Positions 26,994-36,066 of a stretch of 64,000 bases of DNA are shown here, one piece after another. A model generated the notes under the pieces. That model did no database searches and was not told the origin of the DNA. It saw only the letters and a list, made by a program, of their open reading frames with translations. A program made the position numbers and the translations under genes. The stretch's first letter is position 1. Each line of letters opens with the position of its first letter. Source of the stretch: a virus; the IMG/VR virus record IMGVR_UViG_3300020048_000052, positions 1 through 64,000 of that record. One strand, given 5' to 3'.

Positions 26994-28265
26994 TTAGTTC
27001 AAATTTTCAAATTTTTTCATATAAACTTTATACAGTTTTTCACAAGTATTAAATGCAGTTCTTATTTGTTTTGGAGTTGCACTGCCTGGGTCTAAAGGAT
27101 TTTTCTCATTCCAGGGTAATTGGACTACGAAACATTGAAAAGTATATTTTATTTTTAGATTTGCCACTTCAATAAAATGGTCTCCACCTTCATCTGCATC
27201 TGGAAATAAAAATATTCTTAATTTCTTACCAGTATTTTCAATAACTCTCTTTTCATATTCCTTTAACAATTCTACCTGAAAATCAGATATTTTATTTCCG
27301 AATGCGCAAAGTACATTCTTATAACACAAACTTTCAAGTCTTAGCTTATCCATCGCACCTTCGACAATAATTACATAATCCAAACTGTCATCCAAATCAT
27401 CATAAGACCAAAGCATAAATTCCATAGTGCTTCCTTTTGGATATCGTGAGCGAGCTTTCTTAACAACGTACCCTGTCAATACATAGTCACACTTAATACA
27501 TTCTAAAGCTGTAAACATATTTGCTTTACCGCATTCAGGGCAAATAACAAATTCGTCTCCACCCTTTTTTATTGATTTAATAGTAGGCAAAATACTTCTT
27601 GCTAAAAATGAAATTAAAACATCTTTCTGATAAAATGGTATGATGATTCTTTTGCGATATAGACCATCATCGCACAACCCAATACCATATTTATCAATAA
27701 GCTCGGGTTTGATTTCTCTACCGCCCTCTAGCAATGGTTTAGTAAGGTAATTCCAATATATTTTATGGCAAGGTTTTAATAATTTAAAATGACCTGTTTT
27801 GTCATCATTCGGTAATTGCGATTCTTTTGGACCTTCAGGACCTTTAGTTAAATCTTCTCTTATCTGCTGTCTTTCATCTAATATTAAACCATATAAAGCA
27901 TCTTCATCTACTTCATCCAGGGTGAACAGTTTGACGATAAACTCTAAAGCTTCTTTATTATCAACCTTTCTTCCCATAGACTGCGTAAGTTTATCTGCAG
28001 TCAGCGTTATAAAGTTACCTCTATAGCCGCAAGAAAAGCAACTGTGAACGCCAAACTTATCGTCATCTGGATTTATGTTAATTGACCAAGAAGGTGATGA
28101 GTCTTTATGCTTTGGGTTTGGGCATACATCCCAAAGTTCAGAACCATAAGGCTTAGCAGATTTAGTAGTTGCGTTTATAGCTTTAAGCAATACCTTAATG
28201 TCAATCATTTTCTTTATTTTTTTAAGCTTTCCTCTTTTAACTATGCTATGAATCATATCTGCCAT
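26994..28265 (-). CDS. dnaG: DnaG-type primase with CHC2 finger, TOPRIM domain and an extra Zn-ribbon insertion
   Basis: CPNPKHKDSSPS...CFSC, RIIIPF, IVEGAMD, FPDADEGG; inserted CPEC...CIKC. Confidence 0.88.
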   Translation of the reverse strand: MADMIHSIVKRGKLKKIKKMIDIKVLLKAINATTKSAKPYGSELWDVCPNPKHKDSSPSWSININPDDDKFGVHSCFSCGYRGNFITLTADKLTQSMGRKVDNKEALEFIVKLFTLDEVDEDALYGLILDERQQIREDLTKGPEGPKESQLPNDDKTGHFKLLKPCHKIYWNYLTKPLLEGGREIKPELIDKYGIGLCDDGLYRKRIIIPFYQKDVLISFLARSILPTIKSIKKGGDEFVICPECGKANMFTALECIKCDYVLTGYVVKKARSRYPKGSTMEFMLWSYDDLDDSLDYVIIVEGAMDKLRLESLCYKNVLCAFGNKISDFQVELLKEYEKRVIENTGKKLRIFLFPDADEGGDHFIEVANLKIKYTFQCFVVQLPWNEKNPLDPGSATPKQIRTAFNTCEKLYKVYMKKFENLN

Positions 28266-28274
28266 AATATCACC

Positions 28275-29741
28275 TCAAAATACATCGTCGTTTTGATTAT
28301 TTGCATATGCTTTAACATATTCTCCTATTACTCCATATGCAGATTCAAATCTATGGTAAACAGACTTATTCATAGCACCACGTCTTTGTTTACCAATTAT
28401 ATATTCAATTATGTCGTCCTCAATCTCTGGGTCATAATATTTTTCTCTATGCATCATTACAATTAAGTCAGCAATTTCTTCATAACCACCGGAGTTTTTC
28501 AATAACTCTATGTTTGGACGTTTATTTCTTTTACCTTTTCTATCTTCACTTCTTTTTATCTGCTGTACTATTGCCATATGAACATTGCATTCCTTAGCTA
28601 TTGCCTGTGTTTTATTCAGTTTTTCTGCTATACAGGAAGCTTCTATTTTAACGTCAGTTAGCTTTTCCCATAAGTCCATAATGCAAACATCAAAAGTATT
28701 TTCCTCTAATATAGCTTCAAGTTCTGACAGACTCAAACTAGGGTTATCAGTCGTAACTAAATTATCGTTTGAAAAAATTTCATCTAAAGCCCATTTGATA
28801 TATTTATCTTCGTCTGCAGTAATTTGATTTGTATATCTAACAAGCTTTTCCAAAGGGACGCCATACATACCGTTTGGTATTACGACATTTTGTTCAATTT
28901 CTTGTTTAATTTTTTCCTTTACAAGAATTGATACCATAATATCTAAATAAGGTAGGTGTCCAGTTTCTAATGGAACTAACAAAACTTTCTTTGGTTCGCA
29001 TATAAACTCACCATCTGCCATCTTACCTCTGGATATTCTTAATGCTATATTTGCCATCGTAGTAGATTTTCCCATACCAGGACGTGCAGACCAAATTGAA
29101 CATTTCTTTCTTGCTAAACCTTCTGCTAATTTTTTATCCAGACCCTGTATTCCAGTTGGGATGAATATGCTTTCCTTTTTTCTTTGTTGAAAATCCTTCC
29201 ACCAAGACTTACGTAATTCTACTCCAGATAATAAATTGGCTTGACTGAAATTCTCAATTATCTCACGCTTAATACTTTCAATTATTTCAGTTATTTTTGA
29301 AAGCTCTGAATGCGGGTCTTCTATTGCATCAGTTAATTTCGTTAAGCGCCTTTCTTTAATATGATACTTAACAGAATCAACTTTAAGTAATTCTACGTGA
29401 TAATCTATATTAGCATTCTCATCAAACAATAGTTCAATTTTTTGTATGTAAATTAAACCACCAAACTCTTCATCTTCTGACACCAATGACTCGAATGTAT
29501 CTAAATCAAACTCCAAATTTTTATCTACCATTCTACATAAAACATTAAAAATAGTCCTATGCTTCTTACCAATCCAATGGTAGGGTTTTAAATCTTTAGC
29601 AAGTCTTTTACGAATTTTTGTAGATTTAAACATGTTAGCAAGGACTATCATTTCGTTTTGAATGTTGAATGAAGCTATTTTGGTTTTTTCTGCCACAGTA
29701 TCACCCCCGTTCCATTTAATTATATCCATTGAATTAATCAT
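28275..29741 (-). CDS. dnaB: DnaB-like replicative helicase (likely GTG start about 29696)
   Basis: SARPGMGKST, IMDLW, VQQIKR, LKNSGGYEEIAD, KQRRG. Confidence 0.9.
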   Translation of the reverse strand: MINSMDIIKWNGGDTVAEKTKIASFNIQNEMIVLANMFKSTKIRKRLAKDLKPYHWIGKKHRTIFNVLCRMVDKNLEFDLDTFESLVSEDEEFGGLIYIQKIELLFDENANIDYHVELLKVDSVKYHIKERRLTKLTDAIEDPHSELSKITEIIESIKREIIENFSQANLLSGVELRKSWWKDFQQRKKESIFIPTGIQGLDKKLAEGLARKKCSIWSARPGMGKSTTMANIALRISRGKMADGEFICEPKKVLLVPLETGHLPYLDIMVSILVKEKIKQEIEQNVVIPNGMYGVPLEKLVRYTNQITADEDKYIKWALDEIFSNDNLVTTDNPSLSLSELEAILEENTFDVCIMDLWEKLTDVKIEASCIAEKLNKTQAIAKECNVHMAIVQQIKRSEDRKGKRNKRPNIELLKNSGGYEEIADLIVMMHREKYYDPEIEDDIIEYIIGKQRRGAMNKSVYHRFESAYGVIGEYVKAYANNQNDDVF

Positions 29742-29747
29742 ATTAAC
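29719..29747 (-). promoter_or_regulatory. Promoter GTTAAT-N14-GGATATAAT
   Basis: Consensus with one mismatch. Confidence 0.7.
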
Positions 29748-29763
29748 GCAATGATTCTATTCT

Positions 29764-30462
29764 TTATCTCTGACTATCACCAACGAATGTAAGTATATCA
29801 CAGTTACCACGAATCATATCATGAATTGGTTTTGAAATTAACTTATCAAGCCCTGGTAAATCTTCATCAATTGCATCGAAAGGTATTTGTGAAGTATAAA
29901 ATGTAGGAAGCATATTCAAATCCCTCCAACGAATAACATCGTCTAAAAATGATATTTCGTGGCCGCTCTTTGTTTCAGCAATTTTTGAAATATCATCAAT
30001 CCAAAGTCCTGCAATTGTTTTTATGCCTCTTCTGATATTAAGCTCTTTCTCATTTAAACCTGATGGGAAGATTAGCTGACCAACTGTAGTTCCTTGTATG
30101 TAGTAAAAGTTGTTCATAGTCGGTTCTTTTAAATTGCCTTCCTGTTCCTCTTCTATAAGTTTAGAATTTTCTTGTTCAAAAATATCTATAATTTTTTTAG
30201 CCAAATGAGTAAGCAACCAAGTTTTTGCAACCCCTACAGGACCGCACAGATACAATCCCCTGCCTTGTTTCAGATATTCTCCAACATTGTCATAGTAATT
30301 CATAAACTTATTGAACATTTCTTCATTTCTTTTTTTCTGTTTTGCATTGTCTCCTATTATTCTAAACTCGCTTATGTCGTTATCGATATATTTTATTGGA
30401 AGGTTTGAGCGAGCGTATTTCTTATACGACTGTGATTTGAGTCTTTCAACTGTATACATCAT
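29764..30462 (-). CDS. DnaC/IstB-like AAA+ helicase loader
   Basis: GLYLCGPVGVAKT, LWIDD, RWR...PTFYTSQ; directly upstream of dnaB. Confidence 0.82.
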   Translation of the reverse strand: MMYTVERLKSQSYKKYARSNLPIKYIDNDISEFRIIGDNAKQKKRNEEMFNKFMNYYDNVGEYLKQGRGLYLCGPVGVAKTWLLTHLAKKIIDIFEQENSKLIEEEQEGNLKEPTMNNFYYIQGTTVGQLIFPSGLNEKELNIRRGIKTIAGLWIDDISKIAETKSGHEISFLDDVIRWRDLNMLPTFYTSQIPFDAIDEDLPGLDKLISKPIHDMIRGNCDILTFVGDSQR

Positions 30463-30716
30463 TTACCTCCTTTTACATGTCCGATAATAGGAAGTGTAAA
30501 CTCTTCTTTCAAATCCAATTTATTCATCATATCGTTCAGCTGTGCAATGAATATCTTACCTTCGATGTTGGCTGGCACATAATAGACAACAAACTTCTTC
30601 CAAAAATCATTTCCATCATAAGGCCTGCCATATTTCCAATACAATCTGCATATCAATTTGCATATTGCAGTTTTGATTTTACTTATTCCAAATATCCTTC
30701 TCAGCATAATTTGCAT
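30459..30716 (-). CDS. Hypothetical protein (85 aa)
   Basis: ORF coupled to neighbours. Confidence 0.55.
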   Translation of the reverse strand: MQIMLRRIFGISKIKTAICKLICRLYWKYGRPYDGNDFWKKFVVYYVPANIEGKIFIAQLNDMMNKLDLKEEFTLPIIGHVKGGK

Positions 30717-31245
30717 CCCCTTCTTTTCTTTTTTTAAGAACTTTTTTCTTAACCTTTATTTGAGAATTTTGAAATTCCTTAATAAAATAACCGCGTGGCC
30801 CAAAAATACTATTGAAATTTGGTAATCCATCTGGAAAAGCTTCTTCAGTCATCCACCATTTTACAATAAAGCAGATATAATCTTTCAATTCCGTTTTATT
30901 GTTTACAAAGTACATTTTCAAATAACTTTCAATTTTACTTCTTTCTTTAGACATCATGTCGTTTCGAGGCCTTCCAATAAAAAATGAATCTTCTTTACCA
31001 ACAGCGTCTAAATAATTCTGTAAATAAAAACCAATAAAATCAGACATAGTCCATTTGTCAACAGTCTTGCTTTTCCAATGACTAAGTGATGGAAATTTTG
31101 AAGGCTGAGACCTATCAGTCCTTGGCCCTGTTTTACCTTTCCGCTTTGGCTCCTTTTTGTCAGTTTTTATAAATGAAACGATATCATCAGCACTTAAACA
31201 GTTTTTAACTGGCTTTATCGGGTTTTGTTTTTTTATTTTTTGCAA
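30679..31245 (-). CDS. Hypothetical protein, possible replication initiator / loader partner
   Basis: First gene of the loader-helicase-primase operon; WTMSDFIGFY motif; the function is inferred. Confidence 0.55.
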   Translation of the reverse strand: MQKIKKQNPIKPVKNCLSADDIVSFIKTDKKEPKRKGKTGPRTDRSQPSKFPSLSHWKSKTVDKWTMSDFIGFYLQNYLDAVGKEDSFFIGRPRNDMMSKERSKIESYLKMYFVNNKTELKDYICFIVKWWMTEEAFPDGLPNFNSIFGPRGYFIKEFQNSQIKVKKKVLKKRKEGDANYAEKDIWNK

Positions 31246-31308
31246 TTATTTCACCTCACAAACATTTGACAAATGCTATACTCTGACTGTAAATTTAACC
31301 ATAATAAA

Positions 31309-31337
31309 ATTATATCAAAATGTTTTCAATTGTTAAC
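31309..31337 (-). promoter_or_regulatory. Promoter GTTAAC-N14-TGATATAAT
   Basis: Consensus with one mismatch. Confidence 0.75.
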
Positions 31338-31339
31338 TC

Positions 31340-31685
31340 AAGAGTATTTATTTGAAAACCAAAAACTGTCAAAATGGCTTTTCGCTAGAAACTGCATAGT
31401 CTTTCTCAAGACCAAGCTTTCTTTAAGACTAGAATTTTCTCTTAAGTCTAAAAATAGACTAAAATTCTATAAACAACAGCTTCTGTAAAGCTCTGAAAGA
31501 GATTTACATCTTCCGAAGATGTTTACATCTGAGGAATACACCCCTTATAATATATTTATATAGCTTATATAGCTTTTAAAAGGAGGGGTGTGGGGAGGAA
31601 ATTTTTTATTCCAGATTTTTACCAGGGAAAATAGATGCACTGTCTACCTGTCGGTAGACAGGATGGCCATACGGCCAATTGCTGT
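31340..31685. other. Structured non-coding region with several hairpins; candidate replication origin or ncRNA
   Basis: Inverted repeats at 31445-31460, 31506-31522, 31539-31590, 31640-31661 and 31664-31677. Confidence 0.45.
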
Positions 31686-31687
31686 TG

Positions 31688-33211
31688 TTATTTCTTTTTC
31701 GTTATTTCCATTATGTGAAGATATTCATCTATCGCCTCTGGATTATCTAGAATTTCAACATTCTTAAATAGCTTATTAATCATTTTTAGTTGTTTATCAG
31801 AACCTTTAACTTTAGAATCAAAGAAATAATACCAGATTGCATTTGTCTTACCTTCTGCAATCCTTTTTATCCTACCTGTTTGCTGGATAATTCTACGTTC
31901 GTTAGAAGCTGTCGGTGTAGAAGTAAAGCCTCGGCTTAGTCTTTTTATGTTTAAGCCTTCGTCTGCAACTGTAGTTCCAATAACTACATGGAGGTCTCCT
32001 TTTTCTTGAATCCTCTTTATAGCTTCGTCACCTTCTGCTTTATATTCTGTACCACCAACTAAAAGTTTTGCTTCTATACCTTTTTCGCCAAGCCATCTTT
32101 GCCAATTATGACAGAATCGACGCCTATCTGATAGCAGTATGCAGAATTCCCCATTTTCTGCTTCTGCTTTAAGGAATCTATAAATTAGTCTGTTTCTGTC
32201 TTGGTCTAAAATTATCTGTTCAAGATATTCGTTATTGTCAATATATTCTATTTCCTGTTCTTCCCAAATAGCATTTCCATCAGAATCATTACCTTTAAAA
32301 ATTCTATTCTTAAACTCTTTCATAGTTCCTTTATATTCAAAGTCTGTATGTACTACTACCATTTTGACATCCATAGAAACATTATTTTCTTTTAAATCTT
32401 CTTCAGTAATTTCATGTAAAACTTTACCGAACTGGTCTACAACAAGAAAATGCTTACCGTCTTTTCTTTTTAAAGTTGCAGTAGCTCCAATTCTATATTT
32501 CGATGGAAATACATCTACAACTTCTTGGAAAGTTGATGCTGCATATCTATGAACTTCATCACAAACAATGCATCCAAATTCATCTTTATATTTTATAGCC
32601 GACCTGAGGAGTGATTGTTGTAGAGCTACTGTTATCGGTTTGACTCTGTTTTTGCCTTTTGCAATTCCCCCAATCAAACCGATTTCATTTTTAGGTATTC
32701 CAAATAGCTGATGTATTTCATCAAACCATTGTTGTTGTAGTTTTTGTTCATGTACTATAATTAAAGTCCTTTGACCAATTTTTTCTATAGTCTTAAGCAA
32801 AATTATAGTTTTACCACAGCCACAAGGTCCCTGTATCAAACCATTCTGGAAATAGTATAATTGATTAGACGGCTTTATCTGATAGTCTCTTAAAACTATT
32901 GAAGATTCAAATTTATATGGTAAAGACAATCTATTGTCAATATATTCTAGTTCAACATTATATTCTCTTGCAATTTGCTTTAGTTTATAAGTTGCACCTC
33001 TTGCAATAGACATCTCATCTTTAACAATGTCATAACTCGTAAGACTTTGTGGAACTCCTTTCGTACCAAAGCCCATCATCTGCGCTTTATAGTATAAAGG
33101 GTTTTTATATGTTAGAGATTTTTTCAATTCTTTAAACATATCTTTAGGCAAGTCTTTCCACTTAAGTCTTAACCTGCTATCTATAACAACATTAACCATC
33201 AGTTTGCGCAC
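31688..33211 (-). CDS. SF2 DExH helicase (UvsW/Rad25-like)
   Basis: LRDYQ, GPCGCGKT, CDEVH, ATAT, ADEGLN, QQTGRIKR. Confidence 0.9.
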   Translation of the reverse strand: MRKLMVNVVIDSRLRLKWKDLPKDMFKELKKSLTYKNPLYYKAQMMGFGTKGVPQSLTSYDIVKDEMSIARGATYKLKQIAREYNVELEYIDNRLSLPYKFESSIVLRDYQIKPSNQLYYFQNGLIQGPCGCGKTIILLKTIEKIGQRTLIIVHEQKLQQQWFDEIHQLFGIPKNEIGLIGGIAKGKNRVKPITVALQQSLLRSAIKYKDEFGCIVCDEVHRYAASTFQEVVDVFPSKYRIGATATLKRKDGKHFLVVDQFGKVLHEITEEDLKENNVSMDVKMVVVHTDFEYKGTMKEFKNRIFKGNDSDGNAIWEEQEIEYIDNNEYLEQIILDQDRNRLIYRFLKAEAENGEFCILLSDRRRFCHNWQRWLGEKGIEAKLLVGGTEYKAEGDEAIKRIQEKGDLHVVIGTTVADEGLNIKRLSRGFTSTPTASNERRIIQQTGRIKRIAEGKTNAIWYYFFDSKVKGSDKQLKMINKLFKNVEILDNPEAIDEYLHIMEITKKK

Positions 33212-33226
33212 CTCCTTTATAATTAT

Positions 33227-33255
33227 ATTATATCAATAGTGCGATTCTTTTTAAT
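33227..33255 (-). promoter_or_regulatory. Variant promoter ATTAAA-N14-TGATATAAT
   Basis: Same spacing as consensus; heads the replication region. Confidence 0.65.
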
Positions 33256-33446
33256 GCATTTATAAAATAATTTTTTAATTTATAAACCCCAATTTAAACC
33301 AACTTCCAGAGTATTCTATTACCATGTTAGACATTCCCAGATTTATTTTTGCCTGCCTTCCTATGTAAATTTATATGGTTCGAATTCGTTAAAATAGACA
33401 GCATTCTAGATGTTATTTGAATTTCCTATTATATTTAAAAATCTGC

Positions 33447-33473
33447 AAAAAAATAGGAGCCCCGAAGGGCTCC
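33447..33473 (-). terminator. Intrinsic terminator ending the late/lysis region (C-UUCG-G loop)
   Basis: GGAGCCC-TTCG-GGGCTCC followed by TATTTTTTT on the minus strand. Confidence 0.85.
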
Positions 33474-33500
33474 AAAATAAAGATAAGGAGACGTTATATT

Positions 33501-33956
33501 TTAAATGTCTTTTTCACAATCTGTTTGTTCCTGCTTAACTTCCAAAAGTGGTTCTGCTTTGATTGATTTGCTTTTGATTTCATCAAGTCTTGCCTTAATC
33601 ATATCATTAATCTTTTCATTTAGATTGGCATAGCTTGCATCGAGTAATTCGAGCACCGGTTGCGTTAAGTTAGATTTAACTTTTTCAATAGAAATTTGTT
33701 CCAACTGCCTAATCTGTTCGGGAGTCAGCTTCCCTAAATTTGCCTCTTTCCATTTTTCGACTAGAGTCTGATTTAAAACACCGACTGTGTCGTTAATGGC
33801 ACCCTGAAGAATACCAAGTGCTTTCCATACTCTATCATCCTGGATTTTAGGCATTACTTTGGCAAATCCGTATGCAATTAATCCAAGCAATAAAGCCTGA
33901 ACTAAAGCTGCTACGATATCTACCAAGTGGTTTAAAATTACACTGTCCATAATCAT
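33501..33956 (-). CDS. Probable holin (single N-terminal TM, LL-H-like)
   Basis: Hydrophobic N-terminus; overlaps the endolysin stop. Confidence 0.6.
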   Translation of the reverse strand: MIMDSVILNHLVDIVAALVQALLLGLIAYGFAKVMPKIQDDRVWKALGILQGAINDTVGVLNQTLVEKWKEANLGKLTPEQIRQLEQISIEKVKSNLTQPVLELLDASYANLNEKINDMIKARLDEIKSKSIKAEPLLEVKQEQTDCEKDI

Positions 33957-35371
33957 TTTCCTCCATTCTTTTCTTCAATGTTTTTTAATATTGTTCCAAA
34001 CGTCCCCATATCTAATATTTCTAGTTTATCATGGACTTCAGTTATATAGCCTTTTTCTAATAAGTAATCTACGCCTTTCTGTTTCCAGTCTTTAAGAACT
34101 ACCGGTTGTGCGAGTTTTACTTTTTCAAAAATTGCTATAATACTTTGTCCATACGTAGTACCTGGCACGGCCCATCTACCATTCAGGTCTTCCCAGTTTG
34201 GTGCGACGCCTCTTGTAACGAGGTCAAATCTTGGGTCAATCTTTTCACCAACAAGAGGTTGTGTATTTGCATAAGCTTTCAGATGCTGAATCTGAGCAAT
34301 GATGCCTTTGACATAATTCTCGAAACTTGCACCTCCGGCTCCTCCTCCAGTTGCTCCAATGCCTGCAAAGTTGTTTTGTTCTGGCTTAACATCGCCACTA
34401 AAAGAAAAATTACCAGTTTCGTGTAGACTTTGGCAAAATGCTTTATCTCCAGATATACCTTCTTTTTTGCCTTCATCTATGAATGTCTGACAGAACTTAA
34501 CTACATTTTCTGGAGTTATTAAGCCAATATTGATTTTTGGGTTTGAATTAATACCTAACAGATATCCTGCCATATGTTCTGCAGAAACTTCAGAACCACC
34601 ACAAATCATATGCTTAACTGGTTCTGGCTGTGCTTGTTCTGGTTTTTCATAGAAATAAACGTCTAGCGAATCTGTATTTCTTTGGATTCTTCCAGTTTTC
34701 CCTTCGCCATTATTTATTTTTTGATGAATAGTAGCAACAGCATTATCAAAGTTAGAAAGTGCCATTATTTGCACATCGTCTATAATAACTCTGTACATAA
34801 TTTTTGCAGGTTCTGCAGTATTTTGATTTGCTCCAATGAATTTTAACAAAGAGCTTGCCAAACTATTTCCTTCAGCAATAAGCTCATCTTCAGTATCAAA
34901 TGCCAAATAGTCATTACTGTCCATGAATCCGTATTCAGTAATAATTGCAGGCATTTTAGTGCTTCTTATTACTGCATAATAGTCACCGTTGCTGCCTTCT
35001 CTTGAATATGTTGCTCTAGAACCATGTCCGTTTTGTCCTAGGGAGGCAAAGCCAGCTGCAACAGATTCAGCCATTTTAGTTCCGACGCCGTAATAGATAG
35101 AATGGATAACCTCATAACCATCGCCACCTCCAGCATTATGATGTACAGAAACAAAATAATCTGCACCCCAGTCATTAGCCATTTTACATCTTCCATCTAG
35201 ACTAACTGTAATATCTGTCCTTCTAGACATCATTACTTGCTGTCCTGCAGCCAATAATTTCTTTTCAAGCTGCAAAGCTACTATAAGATTTATTGCTTTT
35301 TCTGTAACTTTACTATTTATGGCGCCCGGGTCGCTTCCACCATGTCCTGGGTCAATAAACCATTTTGCCAT
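33953..35371 (-). CDS. Endolysin: Amidase_3 plus GH73 glucosaminidase
   Basis: IDPGHGGSDPGA, VSVHHNA, AIITEYGF; HETG...QNNFAGIG...LNGRWA. Confidence 0.9.
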   Translation of the reverse strand: MAKWFIDPGHGGSDPGAINSKVTEKAINLIVALQLEKKLLAAGQQVMMSRRTDITVSLDGRCKMANDWGADYFVSVHHNAGGGDGYEVIHSIYYGVGTKMAESVAAGFASLGQNGHGSRATYSREGSNGDYYAVIRSTKMPAIITEYGFMDSNDYLAFDTEDELIAEGNSLASSLLKFIGANQNTAEPAKIMYRVIIDDVQIMALSNFDNAVATIHQKINNGEGKTGRIQRNTDSLDVYFYEKPEQAQPEPVKHMICGGSEVSAEHMAGYLLGINSNPKINIGLITPENVVKFCQTFIDEGKKEGISGDKAFCQSLHETGNFSFSGDVKPEQNNFAGIGATGGGAGGASFENYVKGIIAQIQHLKAYANTQPLVGEKIDPRFDLVTRGVAPNWEDLNGRWAVPGTTYGQSIIAIFEKVKLAQPVVLKDWKQKGVDYLLEKGYITEVHDKLEILDMGTFGTILKNIEEKNGGK

Positions 35372-35395
35372 ACCAATTCCTCCTTGCTTTAGATA

Positions 35396-35417
35396 TATCT
35401 AGACACTGTCTAAGTTG
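35396..35417. promoter_or_regulatory. Quasi-palindromic motif TATCYAGACACTGTCTAAKTTG, copy 1
   Basis: 20/22 identical to 51151-51172; both copies lie just upstream of an RBS. Confidence 0.55.
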
Positions 35418-35445
35418 GTTTTTATATATCCCATATATAATTCCA

Positions 35446-35955
35446 TTATTTTGCAGGTACGATGTCTTTAGCGGCCTTTAGAAGCTCTATAAGATTCGTG
35501 CCTACTAATGCTGCTACTAAAACTACAGCAATCGAAATAATTCCTATAACAATCCATTTCGGAGTTTGCTTTCCAGCCTCTGTATTCCAAAATGATTCTT
35601 TTTTACCAGACGTATCAGATTGATTAGTGCTCTTATTTGTTTTAAGTTCATTTGTTTCAGACTTTATTTCGCAGCGAATGTCTTTAATATCATCTTCGTG
35701 TTTCTGCCTCATGTCTTTCAAAAGTAGAGCATTCTGTTCAGATATTATTAATAGTCTTTCACTTATAACTTTTAAGTCTGTAATTTCTGTAGAGTGAGAA
35801 TCTAACCGTTTTTCTGTTACTCTGCCAAGTTCGCTAAGTTGTTTATCATAATTGGTCTTGAATTCGTTAAAAGTTTGTACGCTCACGCTTCCGCCTCCGC
35901 TTTCTCCATTCATGATGAAACACCCCTCCATTCCAGATGATATTTCGCTATACAT
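35446..35955 (-). CDS. Coiled-coil protein with C-terminal TM (XhlA/holin-like lysis accessory)
   Basis: EKRLDSHS coiled coil; WIVIGIISIAVVLVAALVG; upstream of the endolysin. Confidence 0.55.
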   Translation of the reverse strand: MYSEISSGMEGCFIMNGESGGGSVSVQTFNEFKTNYDKQLSELGRVTEKRLDSHSTEITDLKVISERLLIISEQNALLLKDMRQKHEDDIKDIRCEIKSETNELKTNKSTNQSDTSGKKESFWNTEAGKQTPKWIVIGIISIAVVLVAALVGTNLIELLKAAKDIVPAK

Positions 35956-36029
35956 ATATAAATAAAATGTTTAGAACTTTATATTAATGTATAACTATCT
36001 ATCGATATATGAATTTTCAAATCTATTTG

Positions 36030-36060
36030 AAAATAGGGCTAGAGTGAGTTGCTCTAGCCC
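36030..36060 (-). terminator. Intrinsic terminator after the tail genes
   Basis: GGGCTAGAG/CTCTAGCCC stem plus TATTTT. Confidence 0.75.
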
Positions 36061-36066
36061 ATGAAT

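Noticed and set aside
31273-31488. 71-aa plus-strand ORF in the intergenic gap
   Set aside because: No RBS, opposite to all other genes, and overlaps a promoter and hairpins
12004-33211. Inteins or introns in dnaE, dnaB and the helicases
   Set aside because: Lengths are normal, motifs are contiguous, and I saw no C...HN-C/S/T junctions or LAGLIDADG/HNH motifs
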